From: Alphaproteobacteria bacterium
GTDB lineage: Bacteria > Pseudomonadota > Alphaproteobacteria > CAAHEQ01 > UBA3637
DNA length: 64,000 bases
Direction of reading: 5' to 3'
NCBI GenBank assembly: GCA_045631185.1
Contig: JAZQUH010000039.1
Coordinates: forward strand, 75,740 to 139,739
Shown here: positions 19,807-28,550 of the stretch, piece after piece
Layout: each line of letters begins with the position of its first letter
Position numbering within the stretch: the first letter of the stretch is position 1
Made by a program: the position numbers and the translations under genes
The notes under the pieces: generated by a model
Database searches by the model: none
Seen by the model: only the letters and a program-made list of their open reading frames with translations
Told to the model about the DNA's origin: nothing

Positions 19807-20076
19807 TTAATTTCTTTCTAATTCGTTTAAAATTTCTTTATAACGTTGACGTTTTGTTTCGTGTGAGGACAGTTTTGATATTGAAGCACCGGCCATTGGT
19901 GCCAACACCAAAGGAACGGCAATGCTCTTTTTTTGAGCGGCATAGATACCACCTGCAACACACATCAGTGAAATCATACTTTGTAAAATAACATTTTTTT
20001 TGTGAAATTCTATTTTTTCCCGACAGCGTTGTTTTTGACGTTCAACAATTCTTTTTTGTTCTAAATAATGGTGCAT
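19807..20076 (-). CDS. Small two-TM membrane protein (tandem paralog C)
   Basis: Start moved to MHHYLEQ (ATG 20076); the longer ORF would overlap the lolC promoter and gene. Confidence 0.4.
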   Translation of the reverse strand: MHHYLEQKRIVERQKQRCREKIEFHKKNVILQSMISLMCVAGGIYAAQKKSIAVPLVLAPMAGASISKLSSHETKRQRYKEILNELERN

Positions 20077-20146
20077 TTGATACTTGTTTTCCTTTGTTTT
20101 TATAGGGAGTATAATAGCATATTTTTCAAAAAAAGTCAAACAGGGC

Positions 20147-20175
20147 TTGCTTTTTATCTCAAGTTTGTTTAAACT
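20147..20175 (+). promoter_or_regulatory. Promoter fused to lolC ATG (leaderless design)
   Basis: TTGCTT - 17 nt - TAAACT, 6 nt, ATG 20182; no SD. Confidence 0.5.
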
Positions 20176-20181
20176 GGAAAC

Positions 20182-21426
20182 ATGTTTAATCGTACTGAAA
20201 GACTTTTGGCTTTTCGTTATTTGAAATCCCGCAAAAGAACGGGCTTTGTTTCCGTTATTGCCGGCTTTTCCTTTTTGGGGATTATGCTGGGTGTTGCAAC
20301 ATTGATTATTGTGATGAGCGTGATGAACGGATTCAAGGCCGAATTGATGGGCCGTATTTTGGGATTGAATGGCCATTTGGGGGTTTATCCTGAATTTGGT
20401 GCAAAGTTGACCGAATATGCGGATTTGAAAAATGATATTTTAAAATTGGATGGAGTTCAGGCGGTTATTCCCGTTGTGGACGGACAAGTGATGATTACCA
20501 CGGATGAAGGTCAGGCCGGTGTGATGGTGCGTGGTATGGAACGCACGGATTTTGAAACCAGGGAATTGTTAAAGCAAAATTATACGGGTGAAAATCTGAT
20601 AAACTTTGAAAAAAATCATGTGATTTTGGGTTGGCGTTTGGCTTCTAAACTTGGTTTAAGGGTGGGGGATAAAATGACCATGATTTCGCCCAAGGCCAAT
20701 ATAACGGCTTTTGGTTCTATGCCCAAAATGAAAAGCTATAAAATCATCGGCACTTTTGACAGTGGGATGAGTGAATACGATTCCAATTTTGTTTTTATGC
20801 CGTTGGTTGAAGCGCAAAAGTTTTTTGCCATGAAAGACAGTGTATCGCATTTGGAAGTTTTCGCCAAAGATTTGTTCGTTGTCCCTGAGGTTTTGGATAA
20901 AGCTTTTGATGTTGTGAACGGTCGTGGTTCGGTTTATGATTGGCGCCATACAAATCAAGCCTTTTTCAATGCGATAGAGGTAGAACGCAATGTGATGTTT
21001 TTGATTTTGACTTTGATTATCATTGTGGCGGCCTTTAATATGATATCGGGTTTGATTATGTTGGTTCAGGACAAAGCCAAAGACATTGCGGTTTTGCGTA
21101 CGATGGGTATGTCCAAAGGGGCAGTGCAAAGGGTGTTTTTATTGGCAGGTTTAACCGTGGGCAGTATTGGCACATTGGCCGGTGTTATTTTGGGATTATT
21201 GTTTTGTTATAACATTGACGGCATTAAAAATTGGTTGGAATCCTTATCGGGACACGAACTTTTTTCGGCCGAGATATACTTTTTATCGCACCTGCCGGCC
21301 AAGGTGGATATCAATGAAGTTTTATGGGTGGCGGGTATGAGTTTGGCTTTGGCGTTTTTGGCCACATTATACCCCAGTTGGAAAGCATCCAAGACCGATC
21401 CTGTGGAGGCGCTCAGATATGAATAA
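20182..21426 (+). CDS. lolC: Lipoprotein-releasing system permease (LolC/LolE family)
   Basis: N-terminus FRYLKSRKR..., SVMNGF, FtsX-type C-terminal domain. Confidence 0.85.
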   Translation: MFNRTERLLAFRYLKSRKRTGFVSVIAGFSFLGIMLGVATLIIVMSVMNGFKAELMGRILGLNGHLGVYPEFGAKLTEYADLKNDILKLDGVQAVIPVVDGQVMITTDEGQAGVMVRGMERTDFETRELLKQNYTGENLINFEKNHVILGWRLASKLGLRVGDKMTMISPKANITAFGSMPKMKSYKIIGTFDSGMSEYDSNFVFMPLVEAQKFFAMKDSVSHLEVFAKDLFVVPEVLDKAFDVVNGRGSVYDWRHTNQAFFNAIEVERNVMFLILTLIIIVAAFNMISGLIMLVQDKAKDIAVLRTMGMSKGAVQRVFLLAGLTVGSIGTLAGVILGLLFCYNIDGIKNWLESLSGHELFSAEIYFLSHLPAKVDINEVLWVAGMSLALAFLATLYPSWKASKTDPVEALRYE

Positions 21427-22099
21427 CGCATTGAAACTGACCCATGTTTGTCGCACTTTTGGTAAAAATAATACCAAAGTGGAAGTTTTAAAAGACGTCA
21501 ATTTACAAATCAAAACGGGTGAGATTGTGGCTCTGGTCGGCCCCAGTGGTTCGGGCAAATCCACTTTGTTGCATATTGCGGGATTGTTGGATGCACCCAC
21601 ATCCGGTACGATTGAAATTACAGGCAAAAATGCCACCAAAATGGATGATGCGGGACGTACCCGATTGCGTATGAAAACAATCGGCTTTGTTTACCAATCG
21701 CATTTGTTGTTGCCTGATTTTAACGCTTTGGAAAATGTGATGATGCCTCAATTGATTGCGGGTGTTCGGGAAAATCAAGCCAAAGAACACGCCAAAGAAT
21801 TATTAAAACAGGTGGGGCTGTCGCATCGTTTGACCCACAGGGCAGGCCAACTGTCCGGTGGTGAACAACAACGTGTGGCCATTGCACGGGCTTTGGCCAA
21901 TAATCCGACATTATTGTTGGCCGATGAACCGACGGGGAATTTGGATCCCAAAACCGCCGATGAAGTTTTTGATACCTTTGTTCAAATTGTACGTCAAACG
22001 GGATTGTCGGCATTACTGGCCACACATAACCCTGAATTGGCCCAAAAAATGGACCGCCGAATCACAGTTGTTGATGGCAAAATCCAAGAATTGAAATAA
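21419..22099 (+). CDS. lolD: Lipoprotein-releasing system ATP-binding protein
   Basis: [35 protein letters not shown]; 8-nt overlap with lolC. Confidence 0.9.
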   Translation: MNNALKLTHVCRTFGKNNTKVEVLKDVNLQIKTGEIVALVGPSGSGKSTLLHIAGLLDAPTSGTIEITGKNATKMDDAGRTRLRMKTIGFVYQSHLLLPDFNALENVMMPQLIAGVRENQAKEHAKELLKQVGLSHRLTHRAGQLSGGEQQRVAIARALANNPTLLLADEPTGNLDPKTADEVFDTFVQIVRQTGLSALLATHNPELAQKMDRRITVVDGKIQELK

Positions 22100-22114
22100 A
22101 TAGTCAACAATCCC

Positions 22115-22143
22115 TTGACAAAGGCGATAAAGTTTGCTAGTGT
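22115..22143 (+). promoter_or_regulatory. Promoter of pilin-like Cys-rich gene
   Basis: TTGACA - 17 nt - TAGTGT; AGGGAG RBS. Confidence 0.4.
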
Positions 22144-22176
22144 GGGGATAATTATAAATAATAAAGGGAGATAAAA

Positions 22177-23727
22177 ATGCAAAATATAAAAACAAACGAA
22201 ACAGGCCGTTCTATGGTTGAAATGCTGGGCGTTCTGGCTGTCATTGGCGTTTTAAGTGTTGCCGGTGTTGCGGGATATAAAGCCGCTGTCAGAAAGTCTT
22301 TGGCCAATAATTTATTGAATCAAGCTTCTATGCGTGCCACGGATGTCGCCACTAAAATAGGTTCAGGTAACTTGGATGCACTGGACAGTGATTCCTTTGT
22401 TGGAAATTTAGGTGGTGGTGTTACAATGTCCTCTGCTGTAAAAGGACCGGATGGATATGCGGATTATGATGAATCGGATGAACAATTTACCTTGACCATG
22501 GAAGGGGTTGATGAAGAGTTATGTCAACAAATGCAATCAATGGCCGGGGGTTCACGTTCAGTTGTGCGTGCTGTTCTTTGTGATGGTGATAAAGCCATTT
22601 TAACATTTAATAAGGATTTATCGGCAAATCCCGTTTCTTCTGATTTTGATAACAATAAAGAAGGTTGTGAATCCAGTGGTCGCAAATATTGTGCTAATGA
22701 TACCTGTATTCCTGCTACAGAAGAATGTCCAAATCCGTGTGCAGATGTGGAGCTGACAGATTGTCAACAATGTAATTCATTTACTGGTGAAATAGGATAT
22801 GCGGATAATGGTAAACGATGCAGAATAGATGATCAAAAAGGGACATGCTTTGATGGGGAGTGTCGCCCCATTTCATATTGTGAGAAAAATGGTGGTGTGT
22901 TAAAGGGTATGTCCAACCAATTTTGTCATTACACTGATCCTATGAGTTGGCTGGATGCTGCCAAAAAGTGTACGGCAAAAGAAAATCCAACGGAAGCTGA
23001 TATCAAAAAATATATGCCATCCGTTGCAGGAATGGGCTGTGGTTCTGATCAAGCATATGGTTGTGAAGATAGAAATCTTCCATATACAATCTACTGGACA
23101 TCTGATTGTTATGATTCGTTATGTGAAGAAAACTATCTTAGTAATGAGGGGGAAGCTCATAAAATTAGATATGGTTCTTGGCACGATTGGAGTTCTTCCA
23201 GAACATCACGCCTCGAGGTTGTATGTTATAATATAGATCCAGAAGGATATGAACGCGTACCAGATGATTGTCCATCGGGTACATCATCAACAGGAAAAGG
23301 GGGAGAGGTTTCATATTTATTGGATTGTTATTGTCCTGAAAATAAAATATGGGATAGTGAAACTTCCAGCTGTAAGGAAGATGATAGACCCCTTTATGTA
23401 AATGGTGAAAATAAACAGAAATTTGCATCGCTTAGATCCCTTGGGCCATACTGTCCAAAGGGATATCATTGGGCTAGTTATTCTGAATTTCAGAAAGATT
23501 TTAATTGTACCACTTGGGATGATGCATATTGGTCTTATGGCTGTTCAGAAAATGTATACCTTTCTGGAATTTTAAATTCTTGTTCTACGGATGCTTGGTC
23601 TGAGCCGATTACAGAGGTTTCTTGCGATATTTATCCATATAGTCCGGTTTATTTAGAGGCTGGGGGTAGTATCAGGCGGAAGCAGTACGGTGATAAAGGC
23701 TATGCAATTTGTAGACGTTCAGAATAG
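22177..23727 (+). CDS. Prepilin-type N-terminus fused to a large cysteine-rich, lectin-like domain (candidate pilus adhesin or minor pilin), paralog 4
   Basis: MQNIKTNETG|RSMVEMLGVLAVIGVLSVAGVAGY: Gly(-1), Glu(+5), about 20 hydrophobic residues; C-terminal 380 aa Cys-rich with CPENKIWDSETSSC module shared with 5799/32608. Confidence 0.7.
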   Translation: MQNIKTNETGRSMVEMLGVLAVIGVLSVAGVAGYKAAVRKSLANNLLNQASMRATDVATKIGSGNLDALDSDSFVGNLGGGVTMSSAVKGPDGYADYDESDEQFTLTMEGVDEELCQQMQSMAGGSRSVVRAVLCDGDKAILTFNKDLSANPVSSDFDNNKEGCESSGRKYCANDTCIPATEECPNPCADVELTDCQQCNSFTGEIGYADNGKRCRIDDQKGTCFDGECRPISYCEKNGGVLKGMSNQFCHYTDPMSWLDAAKKCTAKENPTEADIKKYMPSVAGMGCGSDQAYGCEDRNLPYTIYWTSDCYDSLCEENYLSNEGEAHKIRYGSWHDWSSSRTSRLEVVCYNIDPEGYERVPDDCPSGTSSTGKGGEVSYLLDCYCPENKIWDSETSSCKEDDRPLYVNGENKQKFASLRSLGPYCPKGYHWASYSEFQKDFNCTTWDDAYWSYGCSENVYLSGILNSCSTDAWSEPITEVSCDIYPYSPVYLEAGGSIRRKQYGDKGYAICRRSE

Positions 23728-23736
23728 TGCGTTGAA

Positions 23737-23767
23737 ATCCCCCGTCATTCGGCGGGGGATTTTTTTA
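23737..23767 (+). terminator. Intrinsic terminator after pilin-like gene
   Basis: ATCCCCCG-loop-CGGGGGAT + TTTTTT. Confidence 0.8.
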
Positions 23768-23792
23768 CATTATACTTTTATTTATCCTTTCA

Positions 23793-23822
23793 AAAAAAAC
23801 AACCGCCTTACAAAAGGCGGTT
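23793..23822 (-). terminator. Intrinsic terminator of 23873..24409 gene
   Basis: AACCGCC-loop-GGCGGTT, T-run on minus strand. Confidence 0.7.
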
Positions 23823-23872
23823 GCTCATCAACTTTTAACTGCTCAGGCCAATTGTTTCAGGGCTGAGTTATT

Positions 23873-24409
23873 TTAATTTCTTTCGCGTCTTGCTTGCATG
23901 ATTTTATCTAAGTTCCATTTTGGAGTGGTTTTAGCAACCTTTTCACCTTTTTTAACAAAAGAAACCAATGGGCCAAAGTCTTTATCCTGTTGAACGGCCA
24001 GGGCCAATAAGTGATTTCCACTGTCAATAATTTCACCATGTTCGGTTTCTATGCAACGATACATATTGCCATCTCTGGCTTGAATAAAAATAGAATAGGA
24101 TGTTTTTTCGTTTTTGTCTTTATCAATAAAAGGATAACGTTGTAAAACAACATTTGTTTTACAACGTTGCATTTGAATAAAGACGGGTTTTTTGGAATAA
24201 TCAATCTTTTTATTTCTGAATTGTTTTTCGTTGATGGTTTCCAATGGGGCAAAGGGGATTCTTTCGCCCAAATAACGCACATCAATTTTTAATTTGCTGT
24301 CTTGTCGAACATCGGACGGATAAGAGCCTTTTAACCATCCTTTGGCTCTTTCCAATGTTGTTTCAACGGTTTTTTGGACATCTAAATTTAATTTATTGAA
24401 AGATTGCAT
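23873..24409 (-). CDS. Hypothetical protein (178 aa)
   Basis: ATG with AAGGAGAA RBS, own terminator; no motif recognised. Confidence 0.5.
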   Translation of the reverse strand: MQSFNKLNLDVQKTVETTLERAKGWLKGSYPSDVRQDSKLKIDVRYLGERIPFAPLETINEKQFRNKKIDYSKKPVFIQMQRCKTNVVLQRYPFIDKDKNEKTSYSIFIQARDGNMYRCIETEHGEIIDSGNHLLALAVQQDKDFGPLVSFVKKGEKVAKTTPKWNLDKIMQARRERN

Positions 24410-24610
24410 TTATTCTCCTTTTGATACGATTCATTATAACACAGAATGCTTTTTTGTCAATTGTTTTTTTCTTTGTTCGGCTGTGTATCATAAAAAAACC
24501 TTGCATTTTGTTTCAAAAAATGGTAAAAGACTTTTCATAAAAAAAGAGGATTTTCCACTTTGGGTGGTTTCATTCGGGTGGTTTTTTTAATTTAAACCAA
24601 GGAAGAAAAT

Positions 24611-27274
24611 ATGACAAAATGGGTTTATACTTTTGGTGATGGCAAGGCCGAAGGCGATGCCACCATGCGTGAAACATTGGGTGGTAAAGGTGCTAACCTG
24701 GCCGAAATGTCCAGTATCGGCGTGCCTGTGCCCCCGGGCTTTACAATTACAACAGAAGCCTGTGTTTACTATTACAAAAACAACAAAACATATTCCGAAG
24801 ATTTAAAACAACAAGTGTTAGAAGGATTAAAGGGTGTGGAAGCCGTTATGGGTAAAAAATTCGGTGATCCCGAAAATCCGTTGTTGTTCTCGGTGCGTTC
24901 CGGTGCCCGCGTTTCCATGCCGGGTATGATGGATACAATTTTGAATTTGGGTTTGAACGACCAAACAGTCGAAGGTTTGGCCAAAGCTTCCAATAACCCC
25001 AAATTCGCCTATGACAGCTATCGTCGTTTCATTCAAATGTATTCTGACACAGCCATGGGTGTGGATATCCACAAATTTGAAGCTGTTTTGGACCGTGTGC
25101 GTGAAGAAAACGGTTATAAACATGACAGCGAAATGACCGTTGAACAATTAAAGGCCGTGATTGCCGAATACAAACAAATCGGTATCGCCGAAGGTAAACC
25201 TGTTCCCCAAGATGTGAATGAACAATTGTGGGGTGCTATCGGTGCCGTGTTTGGTTCTTGGATGAGCGAACGTGCCATCTTCTATCGCAAACTGAACAAC
25301 ATTCCTGCCGATTGGGGTACCGCTGTGAACGTCCAATCCATGGTGTTTGGAAACAGTGGTGATAACTCAGCCACAGGTGTGTGCTTCAGCCGTGACGCCG
25401 CCACCGGTGAAAATTATTTCTATGGTGAATATTTGAAAAACGCTCAAGGTGAAGATGTGGTGGCCGGTATTCGTACACCACAACAAATTTCCAAAATCGG
25501 TAATGAACGCCGTGGTTTGGATTTGCCTTGTATGGAAGAAGAATTCCCTGTCGTTTATGCTGAATTGGATGCCATTCGTCATAAATTGGAATCCCACTAC
25601 AAAGATATGCAAGATATGGAATTTACTGTTGAAAATGGTAAATTGTGGATGTTGCAAACACGTAACGGTAAACGTACCGGTTTGGCTGCCTTGAAAGTGG
25701 CCGTTGACATGGTGCATGAAGGCTTGATTTCCAAAGAAGAAGCCGTCACACGTGTTGAACCCGGACATTTGGATCAATTATTGCACCCGATGTTTGACAA
25801 ATCCGCCAAACGTGAAGTGATTGCCACAGGTTTGCCGGCTTCTCCCGGTGCTGCCGTTGGTCAAATCGTGTTCAGTGCTGCTGATGCCGAAGCCCAAGCT
25901 GCCGAAGGTAAAAAAGTGGTGTTGGTGCGTGTGGAAACATCTCCGGAAGATATTGCCGGTATGCATGTGTCCCAAGGTGTGTTGACCGCCCGTGGTGGTA
26001 TGACATCTCACGCCGCCGTGGTTGCCCGTGGTATGGGTATTCCTTGCGTGTCCGGTGTGGCCGATTTGCGTATTGATTATGCCGGTCAAACATTGACAGC
26101 CGGTTCTGTTACATTAAAAGCCGGTGATATGATTTCTATTGACGGTACAACAGGTCAAGTGATGGCCGGTGAATTACCTTTGGTCAATCCGGAAATGGCC
26201 GGTGACTTTGGTGAATTCATGACATGGGTGGATGAAATCCGCACATTGAAAGTTCGTGCCAACGCCGAAACACCGACAGATGCTCAAACAGCTAAAGATT
26301 TCGGAGCTGAAGGTATCGGTTTGTGCCGTACAGAACACATGTTCTTTGACCCCAGCCGTATTAACTTCATGCGTGAAATGATTTTGGCAAAAGATGAAGC
26401 CGGTCGCCGTGCTGCTTTGGCCAAATTGTTGCCTTTCCAACGTGAAGACTTTGTGGCTTTGTTCAAAATTATGGACGGTCTGCCCGTGACAATTCGTTTG
26501 TTGGATCCGCCGTTGCATGAATTCTTGCCCAACAAACCGGCTGAACAAGAAGCTTTGGCCGCTCAAATGGGCTTGACAGTTGAAGAAATTCGTGCCCGTA
26601 CAGCCGCTTTACACGAAGCCAACCCAATGTTGGGCTTGCGTGGTTGCCGTTTGGCTGTTGTGTATCCGGAAATTTGTGAAATGCAAACACGCGCCATCAT
26701 TGAAGCCGCTATCCAAGTGGCCGATGCCGGTGTGAAAGTGTTGCCCGAAATCGAAGTTCCGTTGATTTCTTCACGCAAAGAATTGGAAATCTGCAAAAAG
26801 ACAATTGATGAAACAGCCGCCACAGTCTTTGCTGAAACAGGCAAAAAAGTGGAATACGAAGTGGGTACAATGATTGAATTGCCCCGCGCTGCTTTGTTGG
26901 CTGATGAAATTGCCGAATTGGCTGACTTCTTTGAATTCGGAACAAACGACTTGACCCAAACAACATTGGGTATGAGCCGTGATGACGCCGGTTCCTTCTT
27001 GCCCGAATATGTGACAAAGGGAATCTATGACCGTGATCCGTTCCAATCCTTGGATACCACAGGTGTTGGTAAGTTGATTCAGATGGCCTGTGCCGAAGGC
27101 AAAAAGACCAATCCGAACATTTACCTGAGTATTTGTGGTGAACACGGTGGTGATGCCAACTCCATCATGTACTTGAATCAGTACTTGAACGGTGTTTCTT
27201 GCTCGCCATACCGTGTACCGTTGGCCCGCTTGGCTGCAGCTCAAGCTGCTGTTAAAGCAAAAAAAGCCAACTAA
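24611..27274 (+). CDS. ppdK: Pyruvate, phosphate dikinase
   Basis: 887 aa; GGKGANLAEM, phospho-His loop GGMTSHAAVVARG, PEP-utilising C-terminal TIM domain (GTNDLTQ). Confidence 0.95.
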   Translation: MTKWVYTFGDGKAEGDATMRETLGGKGANLAEMSSIGVPVPPGFTITTEACVYYYKNNKTYSEDLKQQVLEGLKGVEAVMGKKFGDPENPLLFSVRSGARVSMPGMMDTILNLGLNDQTVEGLAKASNNPKFAYDSYRRFIQMYSDTAMGVDIHKFEAVLDRVREENGYKHDSEMTVEQLKAVIAEYKQIGIAEGKPVPQDVNEQLWGAIGAVFGSWMSERAIFYRKLNNIPADWGTAVNVQSMVFGNSGDNSATGVCFSRDAATGENYFYGEYLKNAQGEDVVAGIRTPQQISKIGNERRGLDLPCMEEEFPVVYAELDAIRHKLESHYKDMQDMEFTVENGKLWMLQTRNGKRTGLAALKVAVDMVHEGLISKEEAVTRVEPGHLDQLLHPMFDKSAKREVIATGLPASPGAAVGQIVFSAADAEAQAAEGKKVVLVRVETSPEDIAGMHVSQGVLTARGGMTSHAAVVARGMGIPCVSGVADLRIDYAGQTLTAGSVTLKAGDMISIDGTTGQVMAGELPLVNPEMAGDFGEFMTWVDEIRTLKVRANAETPTDAQTAKDFGAEGIGLCRTEHMFFDPSRINFMREMILAKDEAGRRAALAKLLPFQREDFVALFKIMDGLPVTIRLLDPPLHEFLPNKPAEQEALAAQMGLTVEEIRARTAALHEANPMLGLRGCRLAVVYPEICEMQTRAIIEAAIQVADAGVKVLPEIEVPLISSRKELEICKKTIDETAATVFAETGKKVEYEVGTMIELPRAALLADEIAELADFFEFGTNDLTQTTLGMSRDDAGSFLPEYVTKGIYDRDPFQSLDTTGVGKLIQMACAEGKKTNPNIYLSICGEHGGDANSIMYLNQYLNGVSCSPYRVPLARLAAAQAAVKAKKAN

Positions 27275-27293
27275 TTGGCAAAAGCTAAAAAAG

Positions 27294-27322
27294 ATCCCCG
27301 TCATTTCGACGGGGATTTTTTA
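27294..27322 (+). terminator. Intrinsic terminator after ppdK
   Basis: ATCCCCGTC-loop-GACGGGGAT + TTTTTT. Confidence 0.8.
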
Positions 27323-27351
27323 TTGACAACAAAAAATAAAATTAGTACTAT
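27323..27351 (+). promoter_or_regulatory. Promoter of Cys-rich paralog 2
   Basis: TTGACA - 17 nt - TACTAT. Confidence 0.55.
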
Positions 27352-27379
27352 ATAAAAAATTTAGATTAAGGGGAATTAG

Positions 27380-28519
27380 ATGAAACGCTTATCACTATTG
27401 ACCGTATTATTACTGACATCATCTATGGTTTGTGCGGAATGGAAGTATTATAAATTTGATTCTCAAAACAAAATATATACAACAACTCCTCAAGGTTTTT
27501 GTATGGAAGCCATTTGTGAAAATGGTTGTGTTGAAGATATTCAGACAAATAATGGAGTTTGCTGTCCCGTACCTGTTGAAGGCGAAAATTGTGTTTCCGA
27601 TACAATAGATGAAAAGGGTTGTGTTTTATCATTAAGGAAAACGTGTGCATCAAATCAATATTGTAATAAAAATACTAAAACCTGTCAGCCAATACCCGTA
27701 TGCGATACTTGTCAAAAATTCGATACCGATAACGGTCAATGCGTGGTGGATTCATCTAAGAACAATCAACAAATTCAAGATGCTTGTCATATGTGTCAAA
27801 ATGGAAAGGTTGTATTGAAAGATCTAGCAAAACAGTTTATTTCTAATAATTCTTGTGTTGAATGCTTGACCGATGCAAATTGCCCCAATGGTTATACCTG
27901 TGATGCCAATAAAAAAGAATGTCATAAACCTTGTGTAAAAAATGTTGATTGGGGTGGTTTGTGTGCACAGAGTTGTCAGTGTAAAGATGGTACGGGAAAA
28001 TATTCTGGCTGGTCTGGTGTTTGTCAAGAGGGTGTGTGCTGTTTTAGTGAATGTACTGTTTGCGGTTCAAAAGCATATTGTCCCCCAAAAGGATGTTCTT
28101 CAAAATCTGATTGTCCGTCGGGACATTATTGTTCCAATGGTGAATGTTTAGCTTGTCCGCAAAGAGTGGAAATTCCAACATATCAAGGATGTAAATCCAC
28201 CAGCGATAATCGCTTGTGTGTGATTGGGACAAGAATCGGCTCGACCAGTTATAAAAAGAATACACAATGGGTAAATCCATATCAATGCACTTATAATGTT
28301 TACTTTTCGGGAACTTTGGATACAAAAGCTAAAAGTAAAGCCCACAACAAAGTGTATATAAACGGCGGCCATGCTTTGGGTTATGATAGTCGTAAATACA
28401 CCTATTCAGATTCATATATTGGGCAATTGGCACCGGGTGGCGGTGTGGAAGTTGAAATTTATAATAACTCCGGTCGTCCGTGTTCTTCCTTATCGGCTTG
28501 GATGACATTGGCTGAATAA
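27380..28519 (+). CDS. Secreted cysteine-rich repeat protein, paralog 2
   Basis: Signal MKRLSLLTVLLLTSSMVCA (near-identical to paralog 1); N-box CMEAICENGCVED..GVCC; CVECLTDANC module. Confidence 0.75.
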   Translation: MKRLSLLTVLLLTSSMVCAEWKYYKFDSQNKIYTTTPQGFCMEAICENGCVEDIQTNNGVCCPVPVEGENCVSDTIDEKGCVLSLRKTCASNQYCNKNTKTCQPIPVCDTCQKFDTDNGQCVVDSSKNNQQIQDACHMCQNGKVVLKDLAKQFISNNSCVECLTDANCPNGYTCDANKKECHKPCVKNVDWGGLCAQSCQCKDGTGKYSGWSGVCQEGVCCFSECTVCGSKAYCPPKGCSSKSDCPSGHYCSNGECLACPQRVEIPTYQGCKSTSDNRLCVIGTRIGSTSYKKNTQWVNPYQCTYNVYFSGTLDTKAKSKAHNKVYINGGHALGYDSRKYTYSDSYIGQLAPGGGVEVEIYNNSGRPCSSLSAWMTLAE

Positions 28520-28523
28520 AATT

Positions 28524-28550
28524 ATCCCCCGAAAACGGGGGATTTTTTTT
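28524..28550. terminator. Intrinsic terminator between convergent genes
   Basis: ATCCCCCG-AAAA-CGGGGGAT + T8. Confidence 0.8.

Noticed and set aside
24530-24600. Hairpin-like CCAC..GGTGG / GGGTGG + T-run upstream of ppdK as an attenuator or riboswitch
   Set aside because: The stems are only 4-5 bp, there are no alternative structures, and no known riboswitch consensus is present.
24772-27304. A dozen long ORFs antisense to or overlapping ppdK (for example 26771..27304 and 25367..25777)
   Set aside because: They lie entirely within a gene of unmistakable identity. They have no RBS and their composition is odd (His/Gly/Thr-rich), which is typical of shadow frames.
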